From an uncultured delta proteobacterium (GTDB lineage: Bacteria; Myxococcota_A; Polyangia; Polyangiales; Houyiibacteriaceae): a stretch of 64,000 nt of DNA. This document shows, one piece after another, positions 55,109 to 64,000 of this stretch. The stretch covers positions 157,303 to 221,302 of the forward strand of contig CAVOVB010000004.1 in assembly GCA_963699755.1 (NCBI GenBank), given 5' to 3'. A program made the position numbers and the translations under genes. Positions within the stretch are counted from its first letter, which is position 1. Each line of letters begins with the position of its first letter. The notes under the pieces are model-generated. The model was not told where the DNA came from and ran no database searches. It was given only the letters and a program-made list of their open reading frames with translations.

Positions 55109-58100
55109 CCAAGCGCCACCAGCTCGCGTCGTGGCTCTTGCACGCAACGTTATTCACGTCTTGCTTATGGCTTTCGGCAGTGTCGAGTCCCGCCACTGCG
55201 CAAGAGTCGGGCGCGAAGCCCGAAGAGGGTGCAGCCCCATGGGAAGGCGCGACGGACGTTAGCCTGCCGCCGTTCCTGCAGGACACGGGCAAACGCATCG
55301 TGGACGAACGCCCTCCGCCAACCGAACAGCAACTCGAAGCGCTGCGGCAACTCGAAGAAGAGGTCGAACGCTTCAGCGAAACCGGCGATACTTTTCGCTC
55401 GACCGTCACCTCGCTCGTTTATCGGGAGTATCTTCAGCAGCGCCGCGAACGCGACCGTTGGTACGGCGAGCAACTCGAAGCGGAGGAGCGCGAGCTCAAC
55501 GAGGCCCGCGAAGATTCGATCCGGGTCTTCGAGGAGTTCCTAGGCCGCTATCCGCACCACCCCAAGTACACTCCGGACGCGATGTTCCGGCTGGGCGAGC
55601 TCTACTTCGAGCGCAGCGCACTGGAGTTCCAAAATCGCTATGACCAAGCGCAGGCAGCCCGCGAAGCTGGCGACCCCACCGCCGAAGACAGCCTCCCAAG
55701 CGCACCGGACTTCACGCCGACGGTGCTGATCTACAAGGACCTGGCACGTCGCTTTCCCGACTATGAGCGCTCGGACGGCGTCTACTACCTGATCGGCTAC
55801 ACCCTGAACGAGATGGGGCGCCCGGAGGAAGCACTCGCTGCCTGGCTCGCACTCGTCTGTGCCGACAGCTACGACTACGATCCGGATTGGCGCCCGCCGC
55901 CCGCAGACGCGTCGCTCGGCGCGCAAGCCAAGTATCCGGCGCTGACCCTCGACGGACGCCCGCTAGGCGCCTCCGTCCGCGGGGCATTCGTCGATAGTTA
56001 CGCGCGCTGTGAGCCCATCTCGCCGGAGGCCCGCTTCGTCAGCGAAACCTGGTTCCGAATCGGCGAGTACCACTTCGATGATTTCGGAGGCGACAACGCG
56101 CTGGATCTTTCGATCGCGGCGTACGGGCGCATCCTCGAAAACAGCGACGACCGCAACTACAACCTCGCGCTCTACAAAGTCGCCTGGGCCTACTATCGCG
56201 CGAGCCGCTACCCAGAGGCGATCCGGAACTTCGGCAAGTTGGTCCAATGGTCGGACGACACGCAGATAGCGACAGGCAAGGCCGGTTCGGAGCTTCGGCC
56301 CGAAGCGATCGAATACCTCGGCATAGCGTTCGCGTACGACGACTGGAACGAGAATCAGGTTCCCGATGCTGTCGAGGGCCGACCGACGGGCATCGAGCGC
56401 ATCCAAGACGCTTCCCTCCTTCCGCAAGACCGGCCCTGGACGCCCGAGGTCTATTTGCAGCTCGGACAGGTTTACTTCGACGAAGCGAAGTACCCAGAGG
56501 CCATCGCAGCCTGGCGCTTGGCCCTGTCGAAGTGGCCCAACCATCACCGGGCGCCCGAGGTGCTCGACCAGATCGCGGTCGCCCATCAGATGCACAACGA
56601 GTTCGAGGACGCCATCGCCGCGCGTTCCGAGCTTGCGCAATACGTTCAAGGCAGTCCCTGGTGGAATGCCAACATGGATCGTCCTGCGGAGCAGCGGAAC
56701 GCGGAGCAGCTTGCCGAGACCGCACTCATCGTCACCGCGATTCACCACCATCAGGCGGCTCAGCGTCTACGTCAGAGGTGCGTGCAAGAGCGCAACGTGA
56801 AGCTCTGTCGCGACTCGCAAGATGAGTATGGCTTGGCCGCCAACGCGTATCGCAGCTACCTCGAACGCTATCCCAACAACCCCCAGGGCTACGAGCTTCA
56901 CTACAACCTCGCCGACGCCCTCTACTGGTCGAAGAACTATGAGCAGGCGGCCACCGAGTACGCCGAGGTTCGAGATTCGAACGTGGACGACAGCTACCTC
57001 GCCGAGTCCGCACGACGCGTGGTCGAATCCTTGAATCGCATCGCCGACCGTGATGTCGAAGAGGGACGCTTGGTCATTCGCGACGAAGCTCCGCTGCCCG
57101 TCGGTGACCCGCCTAGGGTGCAGCCCATTGCGATGCCCGAGACCGTGCAACGGCTCGCGCGCGCGAGGGAGATCTACCTCAGCCGAGTGAGCCCCCAGCG
57201 CGACACCGAAGGGGTCCGCACCGCCTACGACTACAACAACGCGTTGCTTCTCTACTGGTACGGCTACTGGCCTCAGGCCGAGAGCCGCTTCACGCGAATC
57301 TACGAAGAAGGCTGCTCTGGCGCGGAGGCCGATGCGACCGGCCAAATCGCCTGGGAGAACCTCCGCGCAATGGCGATGGCCAAACAAGACAGCCAAGAGA
57401 TCCGGCGCCTCGCAACCGACATCCAGGAGCGGGGCTGCACCTTCTCGGCAAGCGCCGCCGCCGTCGATTGCAGCAAGCCCGCCAACCGCGACAAGCCCAT
57501 CTGTCGCGCGGGAGCAGACCTGAACGCGCTCGTGTATCAGGACGCCCTAGACGTGTACAAGCGGGCTGGCCAGACGACCGGCACCGAGAGCGATCGTCTG
57601 TACGAGCAGTCTGCCACGATGTTGCTGGCTGCGGTCAACAGCAACCCGAACGACAGGCAGGCGCCGCTCGCACTCGAATACGCAGCTCTTGCGCTCGAGG
57701 CTACCAACCGTTTCGACTCCGCCGGACAGCTCTATCAGCGCATCATCGACGAGGTCGGGCCCCGCGAAGCGGCTGACGCCGAGGAGCAACAAAGCCTCGA
57801 CGCGATCCTTGCCAACGCCCATTTCAAGCTTGCGTACACGGCGAGCCGTAACTTCGATTTCGACCGTGCGGTCGACAACTACCGGGTGCTGGCGGATTCA
57901 CGGCGCTTCGCCGAGTCGGCCGATCCCGAGGTTCAGAGCAAGCGCGCCGACGGGCTCGTCAACTCGGCCATTTTGCTCGAACAGCTTCAGCGATATCCCG
58001 AAGCGACCCAATACTACCGCCGCGTCTACACCACCGTCGGCGACCAAGCGACAAAGCGAAACGCGCTCTATCGAATCGCGGAGATGGCCTACAAGCAGAA

Positions 58101-58965
58101 GCGCTACCCGCAGGCCATCAAGGGCATGCAAGAGTTCATCAGGGCCTATGGCAACGACGGAGCGGCCGGCGACCTGGTGGTTCAAGCCTACTGGCGGATC
58201 GCCCAGTCCTGGAAGGCGCGCGGCCGCATGGGCGACTATCGAAGCGCGCTCAATGACGTCACGACGGCGTACGAGCGCACCGGACAACCCGCCGCTTCGA
58301 TCGCAGCCGGGTACGCTGCGGAGGCACGCTTCATTCTCGTCGACAGCAAGCTTGCCAGCTTCGCGAATTTCCAGATCAAGCCTGGAAAGCCCAAGACGGT
58401 CGAAGCCTACATCAACACCATCACCAAGCAGATGAGCAGCGGCTCCACCCAGGCCCAATCCGTTGCGAACGGCTATGAGCCGATCTTTGGATACCGTCGC
58501 CCGCGCTGGACGATTGCGTCTTACGTGCGCCAGGGTCGTGCGTATGAAATCTTGGCGCGTTCGATTCTGAACGCCCCAGTGGTGATCCCAACCGATCTGG
58601 AGCGCGTGCTTCGCAAGGCCGACGAAGACGAGCGCGAGGAGTACCAGCTCGACTTCGAGGACAAGGTTCGTCAGGTACTCGACGCGCAGGTTCGTCCGGT
58701 CGAGTGCTTTGCCGTGGCGCGCTACGCACTGGCGGCTCGTGCGGGCCGGGCCGGTAGCTTCGACGACGAGTACACCCGACTGGCCATCGATCGGCTACAA
58801 GCCTATGGCGACGAACGCATCGCCGAGTGCATCGCAGAGGCCCAAGCCAGCGACGCCACCTTCCAGGGCTATACTCCCGGCGAATTCGCGCGCTCGCCAA
58901 GAGGCAAACCGCTGGAGATTCGACCAGGAATCGCCCCACCTGCTATCAGAAAGGAGAACGACTGA
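55105..58965 (+). CDS. Large secreted TPR protein, GltD (AgmU)-like
   Basis: Signal peptide; many TPRs (DAMFRLGELYFE, YYLIGY, WFRIGEYHFD, ALYKVAWAYY). Operon position. Confidence 0.75.
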   Translation: MTKRHQLASWLLHATLFTSCLWLSAVSSPATAQESGAKPEEGAAPWEGATDVSLPPFLQDTGKRIVDERPPPTEQQLEALRQLEEEVERFSETGDTFRSTVTSLVYREYLQQRRERDRWYGEQLEAEERELNEAREDSIRVFEEFLGRYPHHPKYTPDAMFRLGELYFERSALEFQNRYDQAQAAREAGDPTAEDSLPSAPDFTPTVLIYKDLARRFPDYERSDGVYYLIGYTLNEMGRPEEALAAWLALVCADSYDYDPDWRPPPADASLGAQAKYPALTLDGRPLGASVRGAFVDSYARCEPISPEARFVSETWFRIGEYHFDDFGGDNALDLSIAAYGRILENSDDRNYNLALYKVAWAYYRASRYPEAIRNFGKLVQWSDDTQIATGKAGSELRPEAIEYLGIAFAYDDWNENQVPDAVEGRPTGIERIQDASLLPQDRPWTPEVYLQLGQVYFDEAKYPEAIAAWRLALSKWPNHHRAPEVLDQIAVAHQMHNEFEDAIAARSELAQYVQGSPWWNANMDRPAEQRNAEQLAETALIVTAIHHHQAAQRLRQRCVQERNVKLCRDSQDEYGLAANAYRSYLERYPNNPQGYELHYNLADALYWSKNYEQAATEYAEVRDSNVDDSYLAESARRVVESLNRIADRDVEEGRLVIRDEAPLPVGDPPRVQPIAMPETVQRLARAREIYLSRVSPQRDTEGVRTAYDYNNALLLYWYGYWPQAESRFTRIYEEGCSGAEADATGQIAWENLRAMAMAKQDSQEIRRLATDIQERGCTFSASAAAVDCSKPANRDKPICRAGADLNALVYQDALDVYKRAGQTTGTESDRLYEQSATMLLAAVNSNPNDRQAPLALEYAALALEATNRFDSAGQLYQRIIDEVGPREAADAEEQQSLDAILANAHFKLAYTASRNFDFDRAVDNYRVLADSRRFAESADPEVQSKRADGLVNSAILLEQLQRYPEATQYYRRVYTTVGDQATKRNALYRIAEMAYKQKRYPQAIKGMQEFIRAYGNDGAAGDLVVQAYWRIAQSWKARGRMGDYRSALNDVTTAYERTGQPAASIAAGYAAEARFILVDSKLASFANFQIKPGKPKTVEAYINTITKQMSSGSTQAQSVANGYEPIFGYRRPRWTIASYVRQGRAYEILARSILNAPVVIPTDLERVLRKADEDEREEYQLDFEDKVRQVLDAQVRPVECFAVARYALAARAGRAGSFDDEYTRLAIDRLQAYGDERIAECIAEAQASDATFQGYTPGEFARSPRGKPLEIRPGIAPPAIRKEND

Positions 58966-60263
58966 TGCGCATCTGGCTACAGACAGCTGCCGTCATCGCT
59001 GCGATGCTCTTCGCCTCCTACGGCTGCAAGGGTTCGCCGGCCTCGGAGCCGGTCGGCCTCGAGTCGAGCTCGGGCGCGGAGGTACCGGCCCGAGGCGATC
59101 GGGAGGGAGCCTCGGTGGATGGGACAGTGCCCGTCCAAGAGCAGAGCCCTTGGGGGGCAACGCAGGCGGAGCAGTGCCGCCGGGCGGCTCGCCCGACGAT
59201 GTCTTCGAAGGCCAAGAAAGCCTTCGACAAAGGGGTGACCGCGGCCACCGCGGGCGACAGCAGAGCTGCCGAATCGGAATTCAAGGCCGCTCTCAATCGG
59301 GACGCCAACGCCTACCCGGCGCTCTACAATTTGGGTGTGCTCGCCGACAGAGCCGGCAACGAACGCGACGCGGTGGACTACTATCAACGCGCGCTGCGCC
59401 TACTCCCCGACTACGAGCCAGCGGCGCGCGGCATCTCGACGATCCAGATTCGTCGAGGCCAAGTGCAGGCGGCGGTGGCGACAGTCGAGCCGCTCGCCAA
59501 TCAGTATCGTGCCAACCTCGAGATGCAGGCGCTCTATGCGGAGGTGTTGGTCGAAACCCGGCGCTATGACGAAGCCTGGATGGCCGCAAGACGCGCGCTC
59601 AAGTGCGACGAGCGATTCGTGCCTGCGCTGATCGCACTCTCGAAGGCGAGCCGCGCACAGGGCCGCGAAGAGCTTGCGGATTCGATCCTCGACCAGGCAC
59701 TCCAGCTCGAACCACAGGTCGCGGAGCTTCATTTCTTGGACGGTGAGAGACTCAAGACGGAGCCAGGGCGCCTGCGCGAAGCCATGGCGGCCTACGAGCG
59801 TGCCGTTCGACTGCGCCCGAGCTACGCAGAGGCGCAGATGGCGCTCGGAATTCAGCTCCTGGCAGGCGGCAACTATTCCGGTGCTCTCTCGCACTTCCAG
59901 GCTGCGGAACGCCTCGTGCCGACTCTTCCGGCCGTCCACCTCAACCTAGGAGACGCATACCGGGCAACCAAGCAGTGGACAGCGGCGCAGAGCGCGTACC
60001 GGAGGGCGCTCGAGCTGCAGTCGAAACTGCCCGAAGCGCACTACGGGCTCGGCCTGCTCTTCCTTTCGGCGGCCGGAGACTTTCCAGGGCTCGATGAGCT
60101 CACTGCCTACCAGAAAGCGGTCGACGAGCTAAATCGCTACCGGAGCGAAATGGGGCCGCGCTTGCCTAAGGACGATCAATCCGCCGAGTACCTTCGTGAC
60201 TTGGATCGGCTGATGAAACGAGCGAGACGTTTGATTGAACGTGAACAGGGAGGCGCCTCATGA
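58965..60263 (+). CDS. TPR lipoprotein, GltE (AglT)-like
   Basis: Lipobox SYG-C; TPR array (ALYNLGVL, HLNLGDAYR, AHYGLGLL). Confidence 0.75.
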   Translation: MRIWLQTAAVIAAMLFASYGCKGSPASEPVGLESSSGAEVPARGDREGASVDGTVPVQEQSPWGATQAEQCRRAARPTMSSKAKKAFDKGVTAATAGDSRAAESEFKAALNRDANAYPALYNLGVLADRAGNERDAVDYYQRALRLLPDYEPAARGISTIQIRRGQVQAAVATVEPLANQYRANLEMQALYAEVLVETRRYDEAWMAARRALKCDERFVPALIALSKASRAQGREELADSILDQALQLEPQVAELHFLDGERLKTEPGRLREAMAAYERAVRLRPSYAEAQMALGIQLLAGGNYSGALSHFQAAERLVPTLPAVHLNLGDAYRATKQWTAAQSAYRRALELQSKLPEAHYGLGLLFLSAAGDFPGLDELTAYQKAVDELNRYRSEMGPRLPKDDQSAEYLRDLDRLMKRARRLIEREQGGAS

Positions 60264-60514
60264 AACGTGCGACTTCGACCATTCTGCTCTCCCTGCTTTT
60301 CATCATGGCGACAAGCAGCGCGACGCTCGCCCAGGGTGCCAAGAAGCGTCAACCACGCGTCATCCAGCTTGAGGAAATCGTCATCGAGGGCCGGGTGCAA
60401 AAGCCCAACGCCTTTTACATTCTGAACCGCTCCAACTTGGGCTATGAAGTGCTCGAGTTGCGCACGAGCTTTCTGCGCAAAGTGGTCCGCAGCGTGCAGA
60501 AGGAGCCTTTCTAA
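60260..60514 (+). CDS. Small secreted protein, GltF-like
   Basis: 84 aa with signal peptide; EEIVIEGRVQKP...R...SF...V motif; lies between gltE-like and gltG-like genes. Confidence 0.72.
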   Translation: MKRATSTILLSLLFIMATSSATLAQGAKKRQPRVIQLEEIVIEGRVQKPNAFYILNRSNLGYEVLELRTSFLRKVVRSVQKEPF

Positions 60515-61969
60515 TGGCCGAGCCGCAGAGTCCAAAGCAGGGAAGCCGTCCGGGCGCGATGACGCAGGCGATGCAAGCCGTGCCGGGGAAGCAATCGGGT
60601 TCGAAGGTGCTGCGCGTTGGCCTCTTTCGAGACAAGAAGATCGTCGAAGAGCGCATCGTGCGCAGGCGTGAAACCGTCTCGATTGGTACCGCTGCGAAAA
60701 ACCATCTCATCATCAGGTCCGGGACGCTCCCCGCAAAGCTCGAGTCGCGTTTCGAGCTCTTCCAGTTGGTTGGCGACGACTACATCCTGAATTTCACCTC
60801 CGAGATGAGCGGCAAGATCGCGCTTCCGGGCGGAGTGCAGAAGCTCGAGCACCTGCGCGATACCGGCGCGGCCCGAAACGCGGGAACGCACTTCCAAATC
60901 AAGCTTGCAGATACATCGCGTGGCAACATCAAGATCGGCGATTTCACGGTCTTCTTCGAGTTCGTCGCGGCGCCACCGATCACCCCGAAGCCACAGCTGC
61001 CGGCTGCGGTCCAGCGCGGTTTCGTCAAGAACATCGATTGGACGTTCACGACCTGGGTGATCTTCTCTTACATGCTGTTCTTCGGTTTCATCATCTACAT
61101 GGAGAACGCCGACTGGAAGGTCGACAAGGGCTCCCAGGAGGTGCCCGAGAGCCTGGCGCGCTTGGTTTTCGAAGCCCCCATCGAACCGCCCACAGTCCAA
61201 GAAGAGTTGGTCGAAGAAGGCGAGGGTGAAGAGAAAGAAGAAGCGGAGGGCAAGGCACCCGAGAAGCAGCCATCGAAAGCCGCGGGCAAGGGGCCGGTGG
61301 GAGCGGAGCAGGCGGGTGAAAGCGCCGAAGGCCGGGCGCGCATCGCACAAGAGGCTGCTGCGCAGGCCGAAGCGATGCTGCTCGGGGCGCTTGGTGGCTC
61401 AGGCGGCGCTCTAGGCGACGTGCTCTCCGGGGTGCAGTCACCGGCAACGCGGCGGATGTCTTGGCGCAGGCGTCCGGAGTGGGCGTGGCCACCAAGAGCG
61501 AGGCCGGCACTTTGCGAACGCGAAGCGGCGGTGGCAGCGGCGGAGCGCAGGTCTCGGCTCGCTGAAGAAGGGCCAGGGCGCAGGCAAGGCCGCCCAAGAA
61601 GGGCAAGCCATCCAAGAACGAGAGGTTCGCGGCGACGTCGGCCTGAGCAGCGGTGGCGACATTGGCGGGAGCGGTGAGTTCGATCAGGCTCTAGTCCAAC
61701 GGCAGATCAAACAGCGCCTCAAGTCGATCACGCGCTGCTACGAGTCCGAGCTCCGCAAGAACCCGAACCTTTCGGGCAAGGTCACCGTGACCTTCACGAT
61801 TCAGGAGCGAGGCAACGTGACCGACGCCAAGGCCAGTGAGAATACGACCGGCAGCCCGGCCGTCGCCGATTGTGTGACGCGAACCATCAGTCGCTTCCGA
61901 TTCAGACCCAGGGCCCGATGGGGGCAGCGTAACCTTCCGCTATCCCTCGTTTTCCAGCCTCAGAACTAA
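60514..61969 (+). CDS. GltG-like protein (cytoplasmic beta domain, TM, Gly-rich linker, TonB-C/AgmX-PglI C-terminal domain); four apparent 1-nt indels
   Basis: Correcting indels near 61430, 61550, 61908 and 61946 gives ...GGAVTGNAADVLAQ...VQRQIKQRLKSITRCYESELRKNPNLSGKVTVTFTIQERGNV...VADCV...FRFRPGPDGGSVTFRYPFVFQPQN*. Confidence 0.8.
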
Positions 61970-62016
61970 CTACGACAGGATTCATATTTTTCCTGGTTAA
62001 CTGTACTACAAGTGCA

Positions 62017-62044
62017 TTGACACGAGGATAGTGCGGGTGATGAT
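62017..62044 (+). promoter_or_regulatory. Possible internal sigma-70 promoter
   Basis: TTGACA at 62017-62022 in an AT-richer intergenic gap; weak -10 (GATGAT) 16 nt later. Confidence 0.3.
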
Positions 62045-62072
62045 CGACGCAAGTTTAGGGGATCGTTGATGT

Positions 62073-62660
62073 TTGCACGGAATCGGAACCACAGGTCAGG
62101 CGTTTCTGACAGCTCTGCTGGTCGGAGGGAGCCTCGGCTACGCCGTACCGAGGATGCCAACGACTCGACAGTGGAGGTCGTCCGGGTCGAACCGCTTGGC
62201 GCTCAAGCTGCCGAAGAGGCGCTCTCGCCCGCCGACCAGGCGACGGCAGCCGAGGCCGCCTTCGCGAGCGTGTTCCTCGAGCTGCAACGCCCAATCGGAA
62301 GCCATGAAAAGTGCCAAGCGCGAAGGCGACATCATTCGAGCGACTTGTCTCGAGGACAAGCTCGAGCAGTGCAACGCGAGCCTTCGGAACATGAAGCGCC
62401 GGCAGGCTGCGCTCGACGAAGCGATTTCGACGGGCGATATCGGTGGCAGTAACCACGAGTTCACCGTGATCGGCGTTCTATCCAGAAAGTCCAAGGCCCT
62501 GGCCCAAGCGGCGAACCAGTGCGTGGGGCAGATCTTTTCGAAACCGGCGACACGCAAGTAAGAGAAGAAGTCGACCTGTTCGCTCCCGATGAGAATCCTA
62601 CCGTGATCTACACAGTGCCGGACGGCCGATCCCGTATATCCCGCCACCGGTGAGTGGAGT
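62073..62660 (+). CDS. Secreted helical protein of myxobacterial type, frameshifted; ends approximate
   Basis: Signal-like start, then AKREGDIIRATCLEDKLEQ...HEFTVI...ANQCVG and a Pro-rich tail, spread over several frames. Confidence 0.55.
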
Positions 62661-62710
62661 AAGCTTATCCAATCGATTGGTGTTGGTGATGGGCGGGGGA
62701 AACAGGGATC

Positions 62711-64000
62711 ATGCGCTACTGCTCTAAGTTAGAGCTTGCTCTGGCTTTTCTAGCCATCGTGGGCGCAGCGTGGATCCCGGCAAACGCCCGCGCGCAGGAC
62801 TTCTTGGCCGATCGTGCGGCCAGTGAGGGCCCTGGTTTAGAGTTGGACGGATGGTCTTGCACCCGGGCCTCGCGCTCGAGGGTGGTTACGATTGGAACGT
62901 GTTCCTTCAGAATGCCCAAAAAGAAGACTCGTTCATCTTGCGGCTCACGGGATATCTCGATGTCGCCACTGAGGGCGCTGAACGGCAAAGCGAGGGCGAG
63001 ACGAACAAAGCCGCGCCTCAGAAGATCCAGTTTCGTGGCGGCCTCGGTGCGAGGTACTACCACTACTTCATCGACCGAATCCCCGACAACCTCGGCGGTG
63101 ACGCGCACATCGACCTTTCCTACAATCCGTCTCCGGTCTTCTCCCTGCAAGTCCGCGACACCTTCCGACGCACGATACGGCCGTTTTCGGATTCCGAACA
63201 CCCTCGAGGGCACGACGATCAGCTACTGCTTCAATCACAACACGGCTTCGGTCGATTTCGTGGGCGGTAGCAAGAGCCAGGTGCTCGAGGGCCGCGTCGG
63301 CTACGCCGACGTCTTCGGGTTTTTCGATGCGAGCGTCTACCGATGCGGGGACAGTATGACCCATGGGGTGCCCGCCTCGTTGAGTTGGCTGTTTTTTCGA
63401 ATTCGGCGCTGGTCTACAGCTTCGACTACGCCCACCAAACTTTCAAAAACCCGGACGAGATCCTCGTTCGCACCGACGCTTCTCTCGGATAACAATCGTG
63501 TCGCGAACTCGATCGGGTACAACGGCGCGATCACGGAGAGGTTCTCGATGACTGCGATGATCGGATACTCCGTCGGGCTCTACGAAATCGCGCAGGACTT
63601 CGACGCTGTGATCGCCAGCGTGGACGCTCAACCTCGACCCACCATCGGGTTCAACGCGGGTTTCATCCGCGACGTCATTCCATCCTTCATTGGCAACTTC
63701 ACCACGATCAACCGGCTACACGCGACCACGCGGTTTACCATAGCTGGGGCGTTTCTGCTGGGCCTCAAGGCGTCAGTCTCGTTCGACAAATCCGGCCTGG
63801 CACTGAATCCCGATGGCATGCTCCTCGGCACCCAACCAGACCGAAAAGACATTCGTGTCATCGCCGGGATCTTTGGCGAGTATCGGTTCAAGGCCTGGCT
63901 CGCCCTCTTCGCAGAGATGTCCTGCTGGGCTGACTTCACGGACTTCCAGTACCTCGGAACCGATCCCTTGCTCGATCCCACTGCGGACTATCAGAGGTTT
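62711..64000 (+). CDS. Outer-membrane beta-barrel, polysaccharide-export partner type (EpsX/ExoB/Wzp-like); frameshifted, partial
   Basis: Signal peptide (ANARA-Q); reconstructed EGPGFRVGRMVLHPGLALEGGYDWNVF; amphipathic strands to ...GEYRFKAWLALF...ADYQRF at the window edge. Indels near 62837, 63195, 63395 and 63467. Confidence 0.62.
   Translation, partial: MRYCSKLELALAFLAIVGAAWIPANARAQDFLADRAASEGPGLELDGWSCTRASRSRVVTIGTCSFRMPKKKTRSSCGSRDISMSPLRALNGKARARRTKPRLRRSSFVAASVRGTTTTSSTESPTTSAVTRTSTFPTIRLRSSPCKSATPSDARYGRFRIPNTLEGTTISYCFNHNTASVDFVGGSKSQVLEGRVGYADVFGFFDASVYRCGDSMTHGVPASLSWLFFRIRRWSTASTTPTKLSKTRTRSSFAPTLLSDNNRVANSIGYNGAITERFSMTAMIGYSVGLYEIAQDFDAVIASVDAQPRPTIGFNAGFIRDVIPSFIGNFTTINRLHATTRFTIAGAFLLGLKASVSFDKSGLALNPDGMLLGTQPDRKDIRVIAGIFGEYRFKAWLALFAEMSCWADFTDFQYLGTDPLLDPTADYQRF

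Noticed and set aside
1..64000. rRNA, tRNA, prophage or integrase
   Set aside because: None recognised; intergenic gaps are short and lack tRNA-like arms.

Overview
GC-rich (visually about 65%) bacterial chromosome segment, most consistent with Myxococcota (Polyangiales-like), based on romR next to valS, a Glt-like TPR cluster, FHA-GGDEF and several sigma-54 regulators. Left to right: partial moeA; a cyclic-dinucleotide signalling neighbourhood (FHA-GGDEF, REC-GAF-HD-GYP, 7TM-HD); ffh and polA; an accessory-looking block (about 11.4-23.4 kb) with a sucrose module (stand-alone SPP, a three-domain fructokinase-SPS-HAD fusion, sucrose synthase, GH31 glucosidase), a RAYT-type HUH transposase, a 5'-truncated carotenoid-oxygenase gene and an NADP oxidoreductase; ogt, HAD-UbiA, valS, romR, trmB, a NodB deacetylase, a GldA/F/G-DUF4340-like ABC system, a broken ABC exporter, a HEAT protein, a sigma-70 factor with a sigma-54-type promoter, a CBS protein, oligopeptidase B, dacB, a peptide-binding protein, an HD dNTPase and two NtrC-family regulators; finally a gltC/D/E/F/G-like cluster followed by a helical secreted protein and a polysaccharide-export-type beta-barrel. 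The last ~2.6 kb has many small indels, often in homopolymer runs, that look like long-read errors. The best candidates for novelty are the fused sucrose-cycle locus in a myxobacterium and the Glt-like machine linked to an export barrel. All calls come from motif recognition by eye; no database search was run. No rRNA, tRNA or CRISPR array was seen.
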